DNA of 63,989 nt, filler included, from Acidimicrobiia bacterium (lineage in GTDB: Bacteria; Actinomycetota; Acidimicrobiia; Spongiisociales; CAZKJJ01): assembly GCA_046759765.1 (NCBI GenBank). It is 16 parts of 16 records of this genome, joined end to end, with 100 filler letters (N's around TTAATTAATTAA, not from the genome) between each part and the next. Parts side by side here need not be neighbours in the genome. Positions count along the whole stretch, not along the records: positions 61,682 to 63,989 come from JBHICV010000271.1; 15 more parts are not named here. The stretch is one strand, 5' to 3'. Positions 61,682 to 63,989 of this stretch are shown one piece after another. The notes beneath the pieces are model-generated. The model was given only the letters and a program-made list of their open reading frames with translations. It had not been told where the DNA came from and ran no database searches. The stretch's first letter is position 1. Each line of letters opens with the position of its first letter. Both the position numbers and the translations under genes were made by a program.

Positions 61682-62711
61682 ACCGGTTCGCATCTATGAC
61701 GTTATCTAGGAAGTGAGTCGACCGGTGGACCGTCTCCCGCAGCTTGTCCCAATCGACGGCGCCGTCTATGACGAAAGCCCCCAGGTTGATGGAGCCGAGA
61801 TTGCAGACGTCGTAGGCGAGCAGCGGCTGCTCACCACACGGGTTCGTCGCTTCGTAGGAGCCGAGATGTGGCACTGGGTTGAAATAGTTCGCCCGGTCGA
61901 TGAAGTAGACGCCTGGCTCGCCATTTAGCCACGCTCCTTCCACGATCCTGTCAAAAACGTCCCGCGCTCGTAGACGTTTCACTACCTCGCCGGACCGCGG
62001 GTTCTTAAGCTCGTGCTCCGCGTCGGCCTCCACGGCCTCCATGAACGCGTCGGTCAGCGCGACCGAGATGTTGAAATTTGTGACCCGATGGCTGTCGCGC
62101 TTGCACGTGATGAAATCGAGGATGTCAGGGTGGTCCACCCGGAGGATGCCCATATTGGCACCGCGACGGGTCCCGCCTTGCTTGACCGCCTCGGTCGACG
62201 CGTCGTAAACTTCCATGAAAGAGACCGGTCCAGAGGCGACACCCATCGTCGACCGCACCACATCCCCTCCAGGTCGGAGCCTTGAGAACCCAAACCCGGT
62301 GCCGCCCCCGGACTGGTGGATGAGCGCCATGTTCCGCAGCGTCATGTAAATCCCATCTAGGGAATCCTCGACAGGCAGGACGAAACACGCTGAAAGCTGA
62401 CCGAGTGGACGGCCCGCGTTCATTAGGGTCGGCGAGTTGGGCTCAAACAGCTCGTCAGCCACGAGATGATAGAACTGCCTTGCCGACTCCAGCGCCTCCG
62501 CCTCGCTTGTCCCGTAACGCTGGTCCACAGCACCCATCGTCCGGGCCACCCGCCAGAACAGCTCCCGCGGAGTCTCCACGGGGCGCAAGTGGTCGTCCTT
62601 TATCAGATAGCGCCGCTCCAGGACGGTCACGGCGTTCTCTGTAAGATCTGGATCTGGGAGCTCGGCGGGTGGTGCGATGGGCAGCGCTTGATCGGTTGCG
62701 ACGGACGTCAT
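61682..62711 (-). CDS. nrdJ: class II (B12-dependent) ribonucleotide reductase (3' truncated)
   Basis: [44 protein letters not shown]. Confidence 0.9.
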
Positions 62712-62884
62712 CGAGGCCTCCGCCTCTCTCTTGGTGCAAGTGATGAATACCCTAGCGGGCGAGCGCCCGTGTCCCCGATTCCTTCCCCGCGACTCTATTC
62801 CTGGAACTACCTTGAGACTAAGAACGGCCTCCAGAAAGGCGTTGGGCAGCGGAGGCCGGCTGTGCTCTTTGAGCTACTCGACTG

Positions 62885-62948
62885 CTACTAGATCTTGTGG
62901 GGTACGACCAAGCGGGCTTCAATATATTGGGTGGTTCTCTTTTGTCAA
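62885..62948 (-). promoter_or_regulatory. tandem NrdR boxes overlapping a sigma70-type promoter
   Basis: ACCCAATATATTGAAG (62932-62917) and CCACAAGATCTAGTAG (62900-62885), 32 bp apart; TTGACA-N16-TATATT. Confidence 0.8.
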
Positions 62949-63072
62949 GACTCCATACCCTACCGGTAGCCTCCGGTATCCAAGAGGCACAACATGTTAC
63001 GGGTGTGACGCCCTGTGCTGGCCTGAGACCCGTGCCGGGACGGGGTTATCTCTCGCTTTGCCTGGCTTCGAT

Positions 63073-63603
63073 CTAGGAATTATGCGCCACACCGTAGCGT
63101 CCCGCTCCATGCTCCCGAGCCAGCTCTAGGTAGTCGCGCCAGGTGTGCTCGATTCGGCCACGGAGGGTATCGTCCACTTGGCGAACGACTTTGGCCGGGG
63201 CTCCCATAATCAGGGAGCCGGGGGGCATCCGGGTCCCCTCGGTGACCAGAGCGCCCGCCGCGACCACCGAGCCGGCTTCGATCACGGCACCGCTCAGGAC
63301 GATGGCGCCCATGCCGATGAGACACTCTTCTTCGATAACGCATCCGTGAAGAAGGCTCCGGTGGCCCACGCCGACCCTAGGACCGATGGTAGTGGGGAGT
63401 CCCTTGTCGACGTGTATTACGGTGAGATCCTGGATGTTTGTTTGCTCTCCGATCGTGATCGGCTCGACGTCCCCTCTCAGCACGCAACCGTACCAGATAC
63501 TGGCTTCGCGCTCCACGCTCACACGGCCTACGACGGTCGCATTGGGCGCGATAAACGCGTTGGGATGTACTCGGGGTTCTTTCGTATTGCGCGCGCCGCT
63601 CAT
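63073..63603 (-). CDS. gamma-class carbonic anhydrase family protein
   Basis: hexapeptide repeats, LRGD, NIQD...H, GH...HGC. Confidence 0.9.
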   Translation of the reverse strand: MSGARNTKEPRVHPNAFIAPNATVVGRVSVEREASIWYGCVLRGDVEPITIGEQTNIQDLTVIHVDKGLPTTIGPRVGVGHRSLLHGCVIEEECLIGMGAIVLSGAVIEAGSVVAAGALVTEGTRMPPGSLIMGAPAKVVRQVDDTLRGRIEHTWRDYLELAREHGAGRYGVAHNS

Positions 63604-63684
63604 TGGTCCTCCAGATTCGAGATCTCTTCACAGGGGTGGGAATCGCGCCAGGCGGCGTGGTGGCCTAGAAGGCGATTTCCGCCT

Positions 63685-63989
63685 TCACTCAAGCCTCCCC
63701 TCGAGGAACTCACGGAGCCCCTCAACCACGCCGCGAGCGTACGCTTCTTGAAACGCGGGGGTTCTGAGCGCGGCCTCCTGAGCCGGGATCATCATGAAGG
63801 CGCCCTCGGTGAGCGCCGACGGCATCCAGGTCGGCCTCGCTAACGCCAGGTTCGCCCGACCGATCCCTAGGTCGCGCAGGCCGAGCTCACGAAGCAGACC
63901 CCTCTGGAGCGCTCGGGCTAGATCGACCTCGAAGGAATGGAAATAGAAGACAGACGTGCCGTGATTCTCGAACGGGTTCACGCCATCGG
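63685..63989 (-). CDS. N-acetylmuramoyl-L-alanine amidase C-terminus (5' outside window)
   Basis: G.SVFY, LARALQ, NLALARP..MPS.L.E.AF. Confidence 0.8.
   Translation of the reverse strand, partial: DGVNPFENHGTSVFYFHSFEVDLARALQRGLLRELGLRDLGIGRANLALARPTWMPSALTEGAFMMIPAQEAALRTPAFQEAYARGVVEGLREFLEGRLE

Overview
This window is not one continuous locus. It is 16 short (~2.3-4.3 kb, length-sorted) contig pieces joined by 100-nt artificial linkers (N44-TTAATTAATTAA-N44), typical of a concatenated high-GC metagenome bin. Most pieces look actinobacterial (Acidimicrobiia-like, inferred from gene content and style); the last two may come from another lineage. Housekeeping content includes acoABC, dnaG-rpoD-tRNA-Asn, nadD-LCP-rsfS-tRNA-Ala, upp/deoB/pdp/punA, wecB, and nrdJ with NrdR boxes. 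Mobile-element signatures are a tyrosine integrase at tRNA-Ala with iteron-like repeats, two orphan tRNA 3' halves (Val, Glu) flanked by arm-type repeats, and a 47-bp palindromic repeat family. The most interesting candidates: (1) an unannotated hydrophobic micro-peptide (...LATLIVVGSAGFRID) directly upstream of two membrane HD-GYP proteins (one intact, one degenerate) and next to a DUF5317-like protein with LspA-like Asp motifs, possibly a peptide-to-cyclic-dinucleotide signalling cassette; (2) a Cys/His-rich, possibly ADP-ribosyltransferase-like protein coupled to an unannotated 36-aa Glu/Pro-rich peptide; (3) an SDR + cryptic class II aldolase + DAG-kinase-family operon; (4) a MerR-type promoter driving an HMA-CcdA-like-thioredoxin-HMA-MerR operon; (5) a structured intergenic RNA candidate. 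All family names are from motif recognition, not database searches.
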